A stretch of 64,000 bases of DNA, from contig CBDCRW010000007.1 in NCBI GenBank assembly GCA_965221125.1, positions 192,001 to 256,000 on the forward strand, read 5' to 3'. The notes beneath the pieces are model-generated. The model was given only the letters and a program-made list of their open reading frames with translations, was not told the origin of the DNA and ran no database searches. Position numbers and translations under genes: made by a program. Positions 29,606 to 39,002 of the stretch are shown here, piece after piece (position 1 is the stretch's first letter; the number at the start of each line of letters is the position of its first letter). The stretch comes from Alphaproteobacteria bacterium. GTDB taxonomy: Bacteria > Pseudomonadota > Alphaproteobacteria > UBA828.

Positions 29606-30877
29606 ATGACCACACCCGTACCGCAGAACCGCGTTGCCCAGTGGATCGAGTATCGCCTGCCGGTCTTCAGCTGGACCAACAAGCACCTCATCGACTACCC
29701 GGCGCCGCGCAATCTGAACTACTGGTGGAACTTCGGCTCCCTCGCCGGGATCATGCTTGTGCTGCAGATCGTGACCGGCGTGGTGCTGGCGATGCACTAC
29801 ACGCCGCACGCCGATCTCGCCTTCGATTCGGTCGAGCACATCATGCGCAACGTGGAGTGGGGGTGGCTCATGCGCTACCTCCACGCCAACGGCGCCTCGA
29901 TGTTCTTCGCCGTGGTCTACATCCACCTCTTCCGCGGCCTCTACTACGGCTCCTACAAGTCGCCGCGCGAGATCCTGTGGTGGATGGGCGTCATCATCCT
30001 GCTGCTCATGATGGCGTCGGCCTTCATGGGCTACGTGCTGCCGTGGGGGCAGATGAGCTTCTGGGCGGCGACGGTGATCACCAACATGACCTCGGCGATC
30101 CCGTGGATCGGCGAGACGGTCGTCACCTGGCTGTGGGGCGGCTTCTCGGTCGATCACCCGACGCTCGTCCGCTTCTACGCGCTGCACTACCTGCTGCCGT
30201 TCGTGCTCTTCGGCGTCGTCTTCATCCACCTCTGGGCGCTGCATCACCGCAAGTCCAACAACCCGCTCGGCATCGACATCAAGAGCGCGAAGGACACCAT
30301 CCCCTTCCACCCGTACTACACGGTGAAGGACTCGTTCGGGATCGGCGTGATGATGTTCATCCTGCTGATCTTCGTCTTCTACATGCCGAACGCGCTGGGC
30401 GAGGTGATCAACTACGAGAAGGCGAACCCGCTGCAGACGCCGGCGCACATCGTGCCGGAATGGTACTTCCTGCCCTTCTACGCGATCCTGCGCGCGATCC
30501 CCGACAAGCTCGGCGGCGTCGTGGCGATGGTCGCCTCGATCTTCATCCTCTTCATCCTGCCCTGGCTGGATACGTCGCGAGTCCGCAGCGCGCGTTTCCG
30601 CCCGATCTACAAGTGGGCGTTCTGGGTCTTCGTGATCGACACCATCGCGCTCGGCTGGGTCGGCGCCAACACGCCGGAAGGCAACTTCATCTGGATCGGC
30701 CAGGTCACCACCGGCTACTACTTCGCGCACTTCCTCATCATCCTGCCGCTCATCGGCAAGTTCGAGCGGCCCACGAAGCTGCCGGAGAGCATCCATCAGG
30801 CGGTGCTGAAAGGCGGCGGCGAGGGCGCGGCCGCGGATGCGGCGCCCGAGGCGGCTGCGGCGGGGGAGAAGGCGTGA
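29606..30877 (+). CDS. petB: Cytochrome b
   Basis: [25 protein letters not shown]. Confidence 0.97.
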   Translation: MTTPVPQNRVAQWIEYRLPVFSWTNKHLIDYPAPRNLNYWWNFGSLAGIMLVLQIVTGVVLAMHYTPHADLAFDSVEHIMRNVEWGWLMRYLHANGASMFFAVVYIHLFRGLYYGSYKSPREILWWMGVIILLLMMASAFMGYVLPWGQMSFWAATVITNMTSAIPWIGETVVTWLWGGFSVDHPTLVRFYALHYLLPFVLFGVVFIHLWALHHRKSNNPLGIDIKSAKDTIPFHPYYTVKDSFGIGVMMFILLIFVFYMPNALGEVINYEKANPLQTPAHIVPEWYFLPFYAILRAIPDKLGGVVAMVASIFILFILPWLDTSRVRSARFRPIYKWAFWVFVIDTIALGWVGANTPEGNFIWIGQVTTGYYFAHFLIILPLIGKFERPTKLPESIHQAVLKGGGEGAAADAAPEAAAAGEKA

Positions 30878-31647
30878 TGCGGCGCGCGCTGCTGGCCGGG
30901 CTGCTGACCGGCGCGCTCGCTCTCTTTGGCGCCCATGCCGCGCATGCGGCAGGCGGCTCCGCCGACGTCCCCGATCAGGACTGGCAGCACGAAGGCGTCT
31001 TCGGCACCTTCGACCGGGGCGAGCTGCAGCGCGGCTTCCAGGTCTTCCAGGAGGTCTGCTCCGCCTGCCATTCGCTCCAGTACATCGCCTTCCGCAACCT
31101 GGTGGAGATCGGCTTCACCGAGGAGGAGGCAAAGGCGATCGCCGCGGAATACGAGGTCGAGGACGGGCCCGACGACGAGGGCGAGATGTTCGACCGCCCG
31201 GCGCGGCTCTCCGACTACTGGCCCTCGCCCTTCGCCAACGAGAACGAGGCGCGGGCGTCCAACGGCGGCGCGCTGCCGCCCGATCTCTCGCTCATCATCA
31301 AGGCGCGCGAGGGCGGCGCGGACTACATCTACGCGCTGATGACCGGCTACGAGGAAGAGGCGCCGGAGGACATGGAGCTCGCCGACGGCATGAGCTTCAA
31401 CCACTTCTTCCCAGGCCAGCAGATCGCCATGATCGAGCCGCTCTACGACGAGGCCGTCGAGTACGTGGACGGCACGCCCATGACGCTGGAGCAGCACGCG
31501 CGCGACGTGACCGCCTTCCTCTCGTGGACGGCCGAGCCGGAGCTCGAGGAGCGCAAGCAGACCGGCCTCAAGGTTCTCATCTTCGTATTCGTCCTCACGG
31601 CGGTACTGTTCGTCATCTACCGGCGCGTCTGGGCCAGGCTGCACTAG
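30877..31647 (+). CDS. petC: Cytochrome c1
   Basis: [23 protein letters not shown]-terminal TM anchor. Confidence 0.95.
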   Translation: MRRALLAGLLTGALALFGAHAAHAAGGSADVPDQDWQHEGVFGTFDRGELQRGFQVFQEVCSACHSLQYIAFRNLVEIGFTEEEAKAIAAEYEVEDGPDDEGEMFDRPARLSDYWPSPFANENEARASNGGALPPDLSLIIKAREGGADYIYALMTGYEEEAPEDMELADGMSFNHFFPGQQIAMIEPLYDEAVEYVDGTPMTLEQHARDVTAFLSWTAEPELEERKQTGLKVLIFVFVLTAVLFVIYRRVWARLH

Positions 31648-31720
31648 CCCTCAATTTGCACCCCTCGCCGGGCCGGGCGTGACGGCGGGGCAGGCCGCCG
31701 GCACAGACGCGGAGGGGATA

Positions 31721-33427
31721 ATGGCCCAACCCACAGGCTCACAGCACACCGATCCCAAGAGCGATATCGACATCGCGCGGGCGGCCACGAAGCGCCCGAT
31801 TCTCGATCTCGCCGAGGACCGCCTCGGCATCGCCGCGGAGCATCTGGTCCCCTACGGCCACGACAAGGCCAAGATCACCCTCGACCACATCGGCTCGCTG
31901 GAGGGCCGCGCGGACGGCAAGCTGATCCTGGTCACGGCGATCACGCCGACCCCGGCGGGCGAGGGCAAGACCACCACCACCGTCGGCCTCGGCGACGGCC
32001 TCAACCGCATCGGCAAGAACGCCGTCATGGCGCTGCGCGAGCCGAGCCTCGGCCCCTGCTTCGGTGTGAAGGGCGGCGCGGCCGGCGGCGGCTACGCGCA
32101 AGTGGTGCCGATGGAGGACATCAACCTCCACTTCACAGGCGACTTCCACGCCATCGGCGCGGCCAACAATCTGCTGGCGGCGATGGTGGACAACCACATC
32201 TACTGGGGCAACAAAGCCGGCATCGACCCGCGCCGCGTGAGCTGGCGCCGCGTCGTCGACATGAACGACCGCGCGCTTCGTTCCGTGGTCTCCTCGCTGG
32301 GCGGCGTCGCCAACGGCTTCCCGCGCGAGGACGGCTTCGATATCACCGTCGCCTCCGAGGTGATGGCGATCTTCTGCCTCTCGCGCGATCTCGACGACCT
32401 GCGCGCGCGCCTCGGCAACATCGTGGTGGGGCTCACGCGCGAGCGCGAGCCCGTGCGCGCCAGCGCGGTCAACGCCGACGGCGCCATGACCGCCCTGCTC
32501 AAGGACGCGCTCGCGCCCAACCTGGTGCAGACGCTGGAGAACAACCCGGCGCTGATCCACGGCGGCCCCTTCGCCAACATCGCGCACGGCTGCAACTCGG
32601 TGATCGCGACCAGGGCCGCGCTCAAGCTCGCCGACTACGTGGTGACCGAGGCCGGCTTCGGCGCCGACCTGGGCGCGGAAAAATTCTTCGACATCAAGTG
32701 CCGCAAGGCGGGGCTCGCGCCGGACTGCGCGGTCATCGTCGCCACCATCCGCGCGCTCAAGATGCACGGCGGCGTCGCGCGGAAGGACCTCGGCGCCGAG
32801 AACCTCGAGGCGCTGGCCGCGGGCATGGATAACCTCGCCCGCCACGTCGGCAACGTGCAGGGCTACGGCGTGCCGACGGTGGTCGCGATCAACCGCTTCT
32901 CCGCCGATACCGAGGCCGAGCGCGCGCTGGTGGCGGAGCGCTGCGCCGAGATGGGTGTCCGGGCGGTGGAGTGCGACCACTGGGCCATGGGCGGCGCCGG
33001 CTGCGAGGCGCTGGCGCACGAGGTGGTGAGCACGATCGAGACGAAGCCCTCCTCCTTCCAGCCCCTCTACCCGGACGATCTCACGCTGTGGGAGAAGATC
33101 GAGACCGTCGCCCGGCGAATCTACGGCGCCGACGGCATCACCGCGGACGACAAGGTGCGCCGGCAGCTCGACGACCTGCAAGCCGGCGGCTTCGGGCACT
33201 TCCCCGTCTGCATGGCAAAGACGCAGTACAGCTTCTCGGCCGATGCCGCGCTCAAGAATGCGCCGAGCGGCTTCGACGTGCCGGTCCGCGAGGTGCGGCT
33301 CTCCGGAGGCGCCGAGTTCGTGGTGGTGATCTGCGGCGCGATCATGACCATGCCGGGCCTGCCGCGCGTGCCTGCCGCCGACAACATCGCCGTCGACGAG
33401 AACGGCCACATCACCGGGCTGTTCTAG
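31721..33427 (+). CDS. fhs: Formate--tetrahydrofolate ligase
   Basis: [34 protein letters not shown]. Confidence 0.97.
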   Translation: MAQPTGSQHTDPKSDIDIARAATKRPILDLAEDRLGIAAEHLVPYGHDKAKITLDHIGSLEGRADGKLILVTAITPTPAGEGKTTTTVGLGDGLNRIGKNAVMALREPSLGPCFGVKGGAAGGGYAQVVPMEDINLHFTGDFHAIGAANNLLAAMVDNHIYWGNKAGIDPRRVSWRRVVDMNDRALRSVVSSLGGVANGFPREDGFDITVASEVMAIFCLSRDLDDLRARLGNIVVGLTREREPVRASAVNADGAMTALLKDALAPNLVQTLENNPALIHGGPFANIAHGCNSVIATRAALKLADYVVTEAGFGADLGAEKFFDIKCRKAGLAPDCAVIVATIRALKMHGGVARKDLGAENLEALAAGMDNLARHVGNVQGYGVPTVVAINRFSADTEAERALVAERCAEMGVRAVECDHWAMGGAGCEALAHEVVSTIETKPSSFQPLYPDDLTLWEKIETVARRIYGADGITADDKVRRQLDDLQAGGFGHFPVCMAKTQYSFSADAALKNAPSGFDVPVREVRLSGGAEFVVVICGAIMTMPGLPRVPAADNIAVDENGHITGLF

Positions 33428-33503
33428 TTGGCGATCCATTGACGGAGGCGATAGCCTGACGAAGGAAGGTCATTCCGGCTGATTCTCGGACTGTCGGGAG
33501 GGA

Positions 33504-35840
33504 ATGATGCCGATCTATCCGCGACTCCACCGCTGCCTGTGGCGGCGGCACCGCCGCATTCCGCTTGCCGCAATTCCTCTTGGTCTCACGACCCTGATCC
33601 TCGCGTCTTGCGGTGGTTCGGGCGGCGAGCCATGCGTCGAGACCCATGACCAGGGTTGCGTTAGCGAAGCCGAATACGTGGCGCTGGCGGACGAGGTCGC
33701 GGGCGAGTACGCCGAGCGGACGAGCTTCCAGAACCAGTGGGGCCTTGAGGCGATCGGCGCGGATCAGGCCTACGCTAATCTGGAGCTGCGTTTCGGCCCC
33801 GGTGTCGCGGCCGGCGAGGGTGTTACCGTCGGCGTCCTGGATACGGGCATCGACACCAGGGACCCCGCGTTCGGTGACAGGATCGTCGCCGAGCAGTTCC
33901 TGTCGGGCGCGGCCGATGAGGACGGAAGCAGGTTCTCGCACGGCACGGCGGTGGCAAGCATTCTGGCGGGGGCGGAAGTTCCGGGTTACGAGCCTCAACC
34001 GCTCGGCGTGGCCTGGGGCGCTGACCTCGTAATGTTTGCGATTCCGCTAGGCGTAGCGCCTGACCTGTACGACCCGATCGAGGTGAGCGAGCTTCCAGGA
34101 ACGGGAGAGAGGTTTGCCGAAAGGTTCGAAGAGATACTCGCCTGGGAATTCGAGTCCGAGAGCATCGACTTCCTGAACCTGAGCCTCGGTGTCTCGGGAC
34201 TCATCGAGAACTACGGCGAAGAGGTGGCGCGCGAGCCCTTCGAGGCGATGGCTGCCGTGATCGCCCAGGAGGGCGTCGAGGACAAGGTCGTCTTCGTCTG
34301 GGCCGCGGGGAACGAGCACGGCACGGCGTGCGACATCCCGATACCCCAGTGCATCGATGGCGCGGTGGAGGCAAGCTCGCCTGCCCTGTTTGCTGGCTTG
34401 GCCGTGCGCTTCCCGGAGCTGCGCCAGAACACGGTCGCCGTCGTGGCCATACGTCCGGACGGCGAGATCGTCGACTTCTCCAACCGCTGCGGCATCGCCG
34501 CGGACTTCTGCCTGGCGGCGCCGGGCGACGATGTCGAGTTTTCCTATTTCGGCCCGCACCGGACGCTCGGTCCGGGCTTCCGGGGGGTCGGTACCGGAGG
34601 CGGCACGTCGTTCGCAGCACCGATGGTGACCGGCGGCCTCGCGCTCATGAAGCAGTATTTCAGGGGCCAGCTCTCCAACGTGGACCTGCTTGCGAGGCTC
34701 CTGGAGACGGCCAACCGGAGCGGTCTCTACGCCGACGCCGCGATCTACGGTCGCGGCCTCATGGACCTGGCCGCCGCGACCTCGCCCGTGGGCGCGCCGG
34801 TCGTCGCGATGGGCGATCGCGTGAATGGCTTCGGCGCATCAATCCAGGGCACGAGCCTGCAGGTCGGCCGCGCCTTCGGCGATTCGTTCGTCCATTCCCT
34901 CGCAAATCGCGAGATCGCCGCGTTCGACACCCTTGGGGCGCCGTTCTGGTACGACGCCGGGAGCCTCGTGACCGCGGCAACAGGGCCCTCGCTGCTGCAC
35001 CGGCTTCGTGACTTCGGACGCGCGTCGGCCCGCGCGCCGGATGCCTCTCCGACGGACCCGATCCGACTCCCGATCCTCGAGACGCCTGGCGCTCGGCAGG
35101 GTGCGGTCCCGGCCTTGTACCTTGCCGATTCCGGCGCGCCCGCCGCGAGGGCCGGTCACCTGGCGCTCGCCGGTCGCAGCCTGGTGGCGACCATGCCGGT
35201 TGGCGCCAACCTGAGCGCGATAGCGCTCACCACGGAAGGCCTGGCCGGGCAGGAGCCCGCGTCCGGTGCGACGCTGGCGTGGCGTGAGCCCGACGCCGCG
35301 CTCGGCGTGCGTGTCGGCTGGCTCGGCGAGCGAGAGACCCTGCTCGGAAGCTCGTCCGAGGGCGCTTTCGGCGACCTCGTGGCGAACGCGCTGTTCGCGG
35401 GCCTCGAGGCCGACGCGGATATCGGCCAGTGGCGCATCGGCGGCGCGGCGGAGATCGGCACCGTGAACGCGCGCACGCGCGACGGTCTCTTCGAAGGCGT
35501 GTCGCCGCTCGCCACCAGCGCGTTCGCGCTCCATGCCACCCGGCAGGGCGCGGAGGGCGACGTCGTTCGCGTGTCGCTGGCACAGCCGCTTCGCGTGGAG
35601 GACGGCGAGGCGCGCCTTGCCGTGCCGTCGGGGCGGACGACGGCGGGCGAGGTCATCCGCAGCGCCGTCGCTCTGAATGCCGAGCCGGGCGGCCGCCAGG
35701 TGGACCTCGCGGTGCAGTGGCGACGGCCGCTGGATGTCGGGCAGCTCAGCCTCGGCGCGACCCTCTCCCGCGAGCCCGGCCACGACAGGAGCGCGGACCC
35801 CGAGCTGATCCTGCTGTCAGGCTGGCGCCTCGCCTTCTGA
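33504..35840 (+). CDS. S8 subtilisin-like serine protease, lipoprotein with beta-rich C-terminus
   Basis: Lipobox-like LASC, VLDTGID, HGTAVA, AAGNE, GTSFAAP, YGRGLMD; ends GWRLAF. Confidence 0.88.
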   Translation: MMPIYPRLHRCLWRRHRRIPLAAIPLGLTTLILASCGGSGGEPCVETHDQGCVSEAEYVALADEVAGEYAERTSFQNQWGLEAIGADQAYANLELRFGPGVAAGEGVTVGVLDTGIDTRDPAFGDRIVAEQFLSGAADEDGSRFSHGTAVASILAGAEVPGYEPQPLGVAWGADLVMFAIPLGVAPDLYDPIEVSELPGTGERFAERFEEILAWEFESESIDFLNLSLGVSGLIENYGEEVAREPFEAMAAVIAQEGVEDKVVFVWAAGNEHGTACDIPIPQCIDGAVEASSPALFAGLAVRFPELRQNTVAVVAIRPDGEIVDFSNRCGIAADFCLAAPGDDVEFSYFGPHRTLGPGFRGVGTGGGTSFAAPMVTGGLALMKQYFRGQLSNVDLLARLLETANRSGLYADAAIYGRGLMDLAAATSPVGAPVVAMGDRVNGFGASIQGTSLQVGRAFGDSFVHSLANREIAAFDTLGAPFWYDAGSLVTAATGPSLLHRLRDFGRASARAPDASPTDPIRLPILETPGARQGAVPALYLADSGAPAARAGHLALAGRSLVATMPVGANLSAIALTTEGLAGQEPASGATLAWREPDAALGVRVGWLGERETLLGSSSEGAFGDLVANALFAGLEADADIGQWRIGGAAEIGTVNARTRDGLFEGVSPLATSAFALHATRQGAEGDVVRVSLAQPLRVEDGEARLAVPSGRTTAGEVIRSAVALNAEPGGRQVDLAVQWRRPLDVGQLSLGATLSREPGHDRSADPELILLSGWRLAF

Positions 35841-35860
35841 CGCGGCAGCCCGCCCGACGC

Positions 35861-37075
35861 CTACCCCATCGCGGCGCGCAGCCGGCGGTCGATCGCGTCC
35901 AGAAAATCCTTGGAGTTGAGCCAGCCCTGGTCGGGACCGATCAGGATGGCGAGGTCCTTGGTCATCTCGCCGGCTTCCACGCACTCGATGCAGCAGCGCT
36001 CCAGCGTGTCGGCGAAGTCGGCGAGCGCCTGGTTGCCGTCGCGCCGGCCTCTGTGCTTGAGCCCGCGCGTCCAGGCGAAGATCGAGGCGATCGGGTTGGT
36101 CGAGGTCTCCTCGCCCCGCTGGTAGGCGCGGTAGTGCCGCGTCACCGTGCCGTGCGCGGCCTCGGCTTCGACCGTCTTGCCGTCGGGCGACATCAGCACC
36201 GAGGTCATGAGGCCGAGCGAGCCGAAGCCCTGCGCCACGGTGTCGGACTGCACGTCGCCGTCGTAGTTCTTGCAGGCCCAGATGAAGGCGCCCTCCCACT
36301 TGAGCGCGGCGGCCACCATGTCGTCGATCAGCCGGTGCTCGTAGCTCAGGCCGGCGTCGTCGAAGCGGTCCCTGAACTCGGCCTCGTAGATCTCCTCGAA
36401 CAGGTCCTTGAAGCGCCCGTCGTAGAACTTGAGGATCGTGTTCTTGGTCGACATGTAGACCGGCCAGCCGCGCTCCAGTCCGTAGTTCATGCAGGAGCGG
36501 GCGAAGTCGCGGATCGAATCGTCCAGGTTGTACATGGCGAGCGCGACGCCGCCGCCGGGGAAGTCGAACACCTCCCGCTCGATGGTCTCGCCGCCGTTCG
36601 CGGGCTCGAAGCGCACCGTGAGCTTGCCCTTGCCGGGCACGACGAAGTCGGTGGCGCGGTACTGGTCGCCGAAGGCGTGGCGGCCGATCACGATGGGGTG
36701 CTCCCAGCCCGGCACCAGGCGCGGCACGTTGCGGCAGATGATGGGCTCGCGGAACACCGTGCCGCCCAGGATGTTGCGGATCGTGCCGTTGGGCGAGCGC
36801 CACATCTTCTTGAGGCCGAACTCCTCGACGCGGGCTTCGTCCGGCGTGATGGTTGCGCACTTCACGCCGACGCCGATTTCCCTGATCGCCTCGGCGCTGT
36901 CGACCGTGACCCGATCGTCGGTGGCGTCGCGATGCTCGACGCCGAGGTCGTAGTAGACGAGGTCGATATCCAGGTAGGGCAGGATCAGCTGGTCCTTGAT
37001 CCACGCCCAGATGATTCGCGTCATCTCGTCGCCGTCGATCTCGACGACGGGGTTGGCGACCTTGATTTTCGCCAT
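35861..37075 (-). CDS. icd: NADP-dependent isocitrate dehydrogenase (type II)
   Basis: [45 protein letters not shown]. Confidence 0.97.
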   Translation of the reverse strand: MAKIKVANPVVEIDGDEMTRIIWAWIKDQLILPYLDIDLVYYDLGVEHRDATDDRVTVDSAEAIREIGVGVKCATITPDEARVEEFGLKKMWRSPNGTIRNILGGTVFREPIICRNVPRLVPGWEHPIVIGRHAFGDQYRATDFVVPGKGKLTVRFEPANGGETIEREVFDFPGGGVALAMYNLDDSIRDFARSCMNYGLERGWPVYMSTKNTILKFYDGRFKDLFEEIYEAEFRDRFDDAGLSYEHRLIDDMVAAALKWEGAFIWACKNYDGDVQSDTVAQGFGSLGLMTSVLMSPDGKTVEAEAAHGTVTRHYRAYQRGEETSTNPIASIFAWTRGLKHRGRRDGNQALADFADTLERCCIECVEAGEMTKDLAILIGPDQGWLNSKDFLDAIDRRLRAAMG

Positions 37076-37123
37076 GCGAAGCTCTCCAGGAATGCGTTGT
37101 GGGCAAGGGCCCCGGGAGACGGG

Positions 37124-37177
37124 TGTCGCGGCCGTCAGGGCCGCGCAAACGATTGTCGCGGCCGGCGGGGCCGCGCG
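37124..37177. repeat. Tandem direct repeat of two GC hairpins upstream of icd
   Basis: TGTCGCGGCCGTCAGGGCCGCGCA and TGTCGCGGCCGGCGGGGCCGCGCG at 30-nt period. Confidence 0.5.
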
Positions 37178-37240
37178 CACCATATCAGCGCCGCCCCGGC
37201 GGTCAAGGTCGGGGCCGGCAGGCCGGAGGGAGGCTGCGTC

Positions 37241-37795
37241 TCAGGCCGCGCCGTTGTCGAGGACGCGGAACAGCTCGTCCGTCGAGCGCACGACGGTGGC
37301 GAGGCCGCTCACGGCCTTCGGCGCGAAGCCTTCGGCGCTCACGTGGTCGAGCAGGTCGAGCAGCGGCCCCCAAAAACCCTCGCTGTCGAGGACGACCACC
37401 GGCTTGTCGTGGAGCCCGAGCTGCTTCCAGGTCAGCACCTCGAAGAACTCGTCGAGGCTGCCGAAGCCGCCCGGCAGGACGACGAAGCCGTCCGCCCGGT
37501 CGATCATGATCCGCTTGCGCCGCAGCATGTCCTCGGTCACGACCTTCTCGGTCAGCGCCGCGTGCGCCACCTCGAGGCTTTCCAGGCTCTCGGGGATCAC
37601 GCCGACGGCCTTGCCGCCGCCCGCCAGCACCGCGTCCGCCACCACGCCCATCAGGCCGATGCCGCCGGCGCCGTAGACGAGCGTGATGCCGCGCCGGGCC
37701 ATGGCCGCGCCGAGGCTGCGGGCGGCCTCCGCATGAGCCGGATTCCGGCCCGTCTGGGCACCGCAAAAGACGCAAAGAGTCGCGACCGCCGCCAT
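37241..37795 (-). CDS. LOG family protein (TIGR00730)
   Basis: CVFCG, VYGAGGIGLMG, PGGFGSLDE. Confidence 0.9.
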   Translation of the reverse strand: MAAVATLCVFCGAQTGRNPAHAEAARSLGAAMARRGITLVYGAGGIGLMGVVADAVLAGGGKAVGVIPESLESLEVAHAALTEKVVTEDMLRRKRIMIDRADGFVVLPGGFGSLDEFFEVLTWKQLGLHDKPVVVLDSEGFWGPLLDLLDHVSAEGFAPKAVSGLATVVRSTDELFRVLDNGAA

Positions 37796-37968
37796 CGCCG
37801 ATCCGATCCTGAGAGTGTGGCCGAGCGTTTGGGAGAGCCGCTCTTTAGCAGAGACCGCTGCGCACCGCCAGCCGTGCCCTCCGCCGCTCCGCCGGTTGCA
37901 ATGACCCGGGCAGCGACTATGTGCGACTATAACCCCCGGTGCCGGAGCAGGGTCGAATGCCAAATCCC

Positions 37969-38928
37969 ATGTCGCGGCTCAGCGCCCATTTCGCCGGTTG
38001 CGCAGCCGGGTTGCTGCTCGCGGCGGTGGCGAGCGCCTTGTTCGCGGCCGAATCGCTGGCGCTGGAGCCCGATCCGGCGAGCCCCGACCCGGCGGCGCGC
38101 GGCGCCTACGTCCTGCGCGCGGCAGGCTGCGCCACCTGCCACACCGACGTCGTCAACGGCGGCGCGTACCTCGCCGGCGGGCGCATGCTCTCCTCGCCCT
38201 GGGGGGCGATCGCCGCGCCCAACATCACGCCGGATGCGGAGACCGGCATCGGCGGCTGGTCCGACGAGGATTTCGTGCGCGCGCTCCGCGACGGCAAGTC
38301 GCCCGAGGGCCGCACCTACTATCCCGCGTTTCCCTATACCTCGTATGCCGGCATGCGGCGCGAGGACATGCTCGACCTCAAGGCCTATCTCAACACGGTG
38401 GAGCCGGTCGCCGCGCCCAACAAGCCGCACGAACTGCGGTTTCCGTTCAGCGTGCGCCTCTTCCTCCACCCCTGGCGCTGGCTCTTCTTCGATCGCGCGC
38501 CCGGCGCGGCCGACACCGCCCAGGACGAGCGCCTCGCGCGCGGGCGCTACCTCGTCGAGACCCTCGGCCACTGCGCCGAGTGCCACACGCCGCGCAACAT
38601 GCTGGGCGCGCTCAAGCCCGGCCAGCACATGGCGGGCTCCCGCTACGGGCCGGGCGGCGTTTCGGTCCCCAACATCACGCCCGACGCCGAGACCGGCATC
38701 GGCGCGTGGTCCGAGGTCGATCTGGCGTTCTTCCTCCGCACCGGCTTCACGCCCTACGGCGACGACGTGCAGGGCGAGATGCGCGAGACCATCGACGACG
38801 GGCTGCGCCACCTGAAGCAAGCGGATCTCGAGGCGATGGCCGCCTATCTCAAGGCGCTGCCGGCGATTCGCAACCCGGTGAGCACGTCTCCGTCGCCGCC
38901 TGCGTTCTCGTCGGGTGGAGACTGGTGA
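37969..38928 (+). CDS. Diheme cytochrome c family protein
   Basis: Signal peptide, CATCH and CAECH, two PNITPD motifs, YPAFPY; start could be 37957. Confidence 0.88.
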   Translation: MSRLSAHFAGCAAGLLLAAVASALFAAESLALEPDPASPDPAARGAYVLRAAGCATCHTDVVNGGAYLAGGRMLSSPWGAIAAPNITPDAETGIGGWSDEDFVRALRDGKSPEGRTYYPAFPYTSYAGMRREDMLDLKAYLNTVEPVAAPNKPHELRFPFSVRLFLHPWRWLFFDRAPGAADTAQDERLARGRYLVETLGHCAECHTPRNMLGALKPGQHMAGSRYGPGGVSVPNITPDAETGIGAWSEVDLAFFLRTGFTPYGDDVQGEMRETIDDGLRHLKQADLEAMAAYLKALPAIRNPVSTSPSPPAFSSGGDW

Positions 38929-39002
38929 GGCGCCGGGCCGAACTGTCGCGCCTCGGCCGACTCGTGTATCGTGGCGCCACTCATGACTGCTAGGCGTAAC
39001 CA

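Noticed and set aside
31648-31720. Possible ZTP or THF riboswitch upstream of fhs
   Set aside because: Only 73 nt, and the conserved aptamer sequences are not visible.
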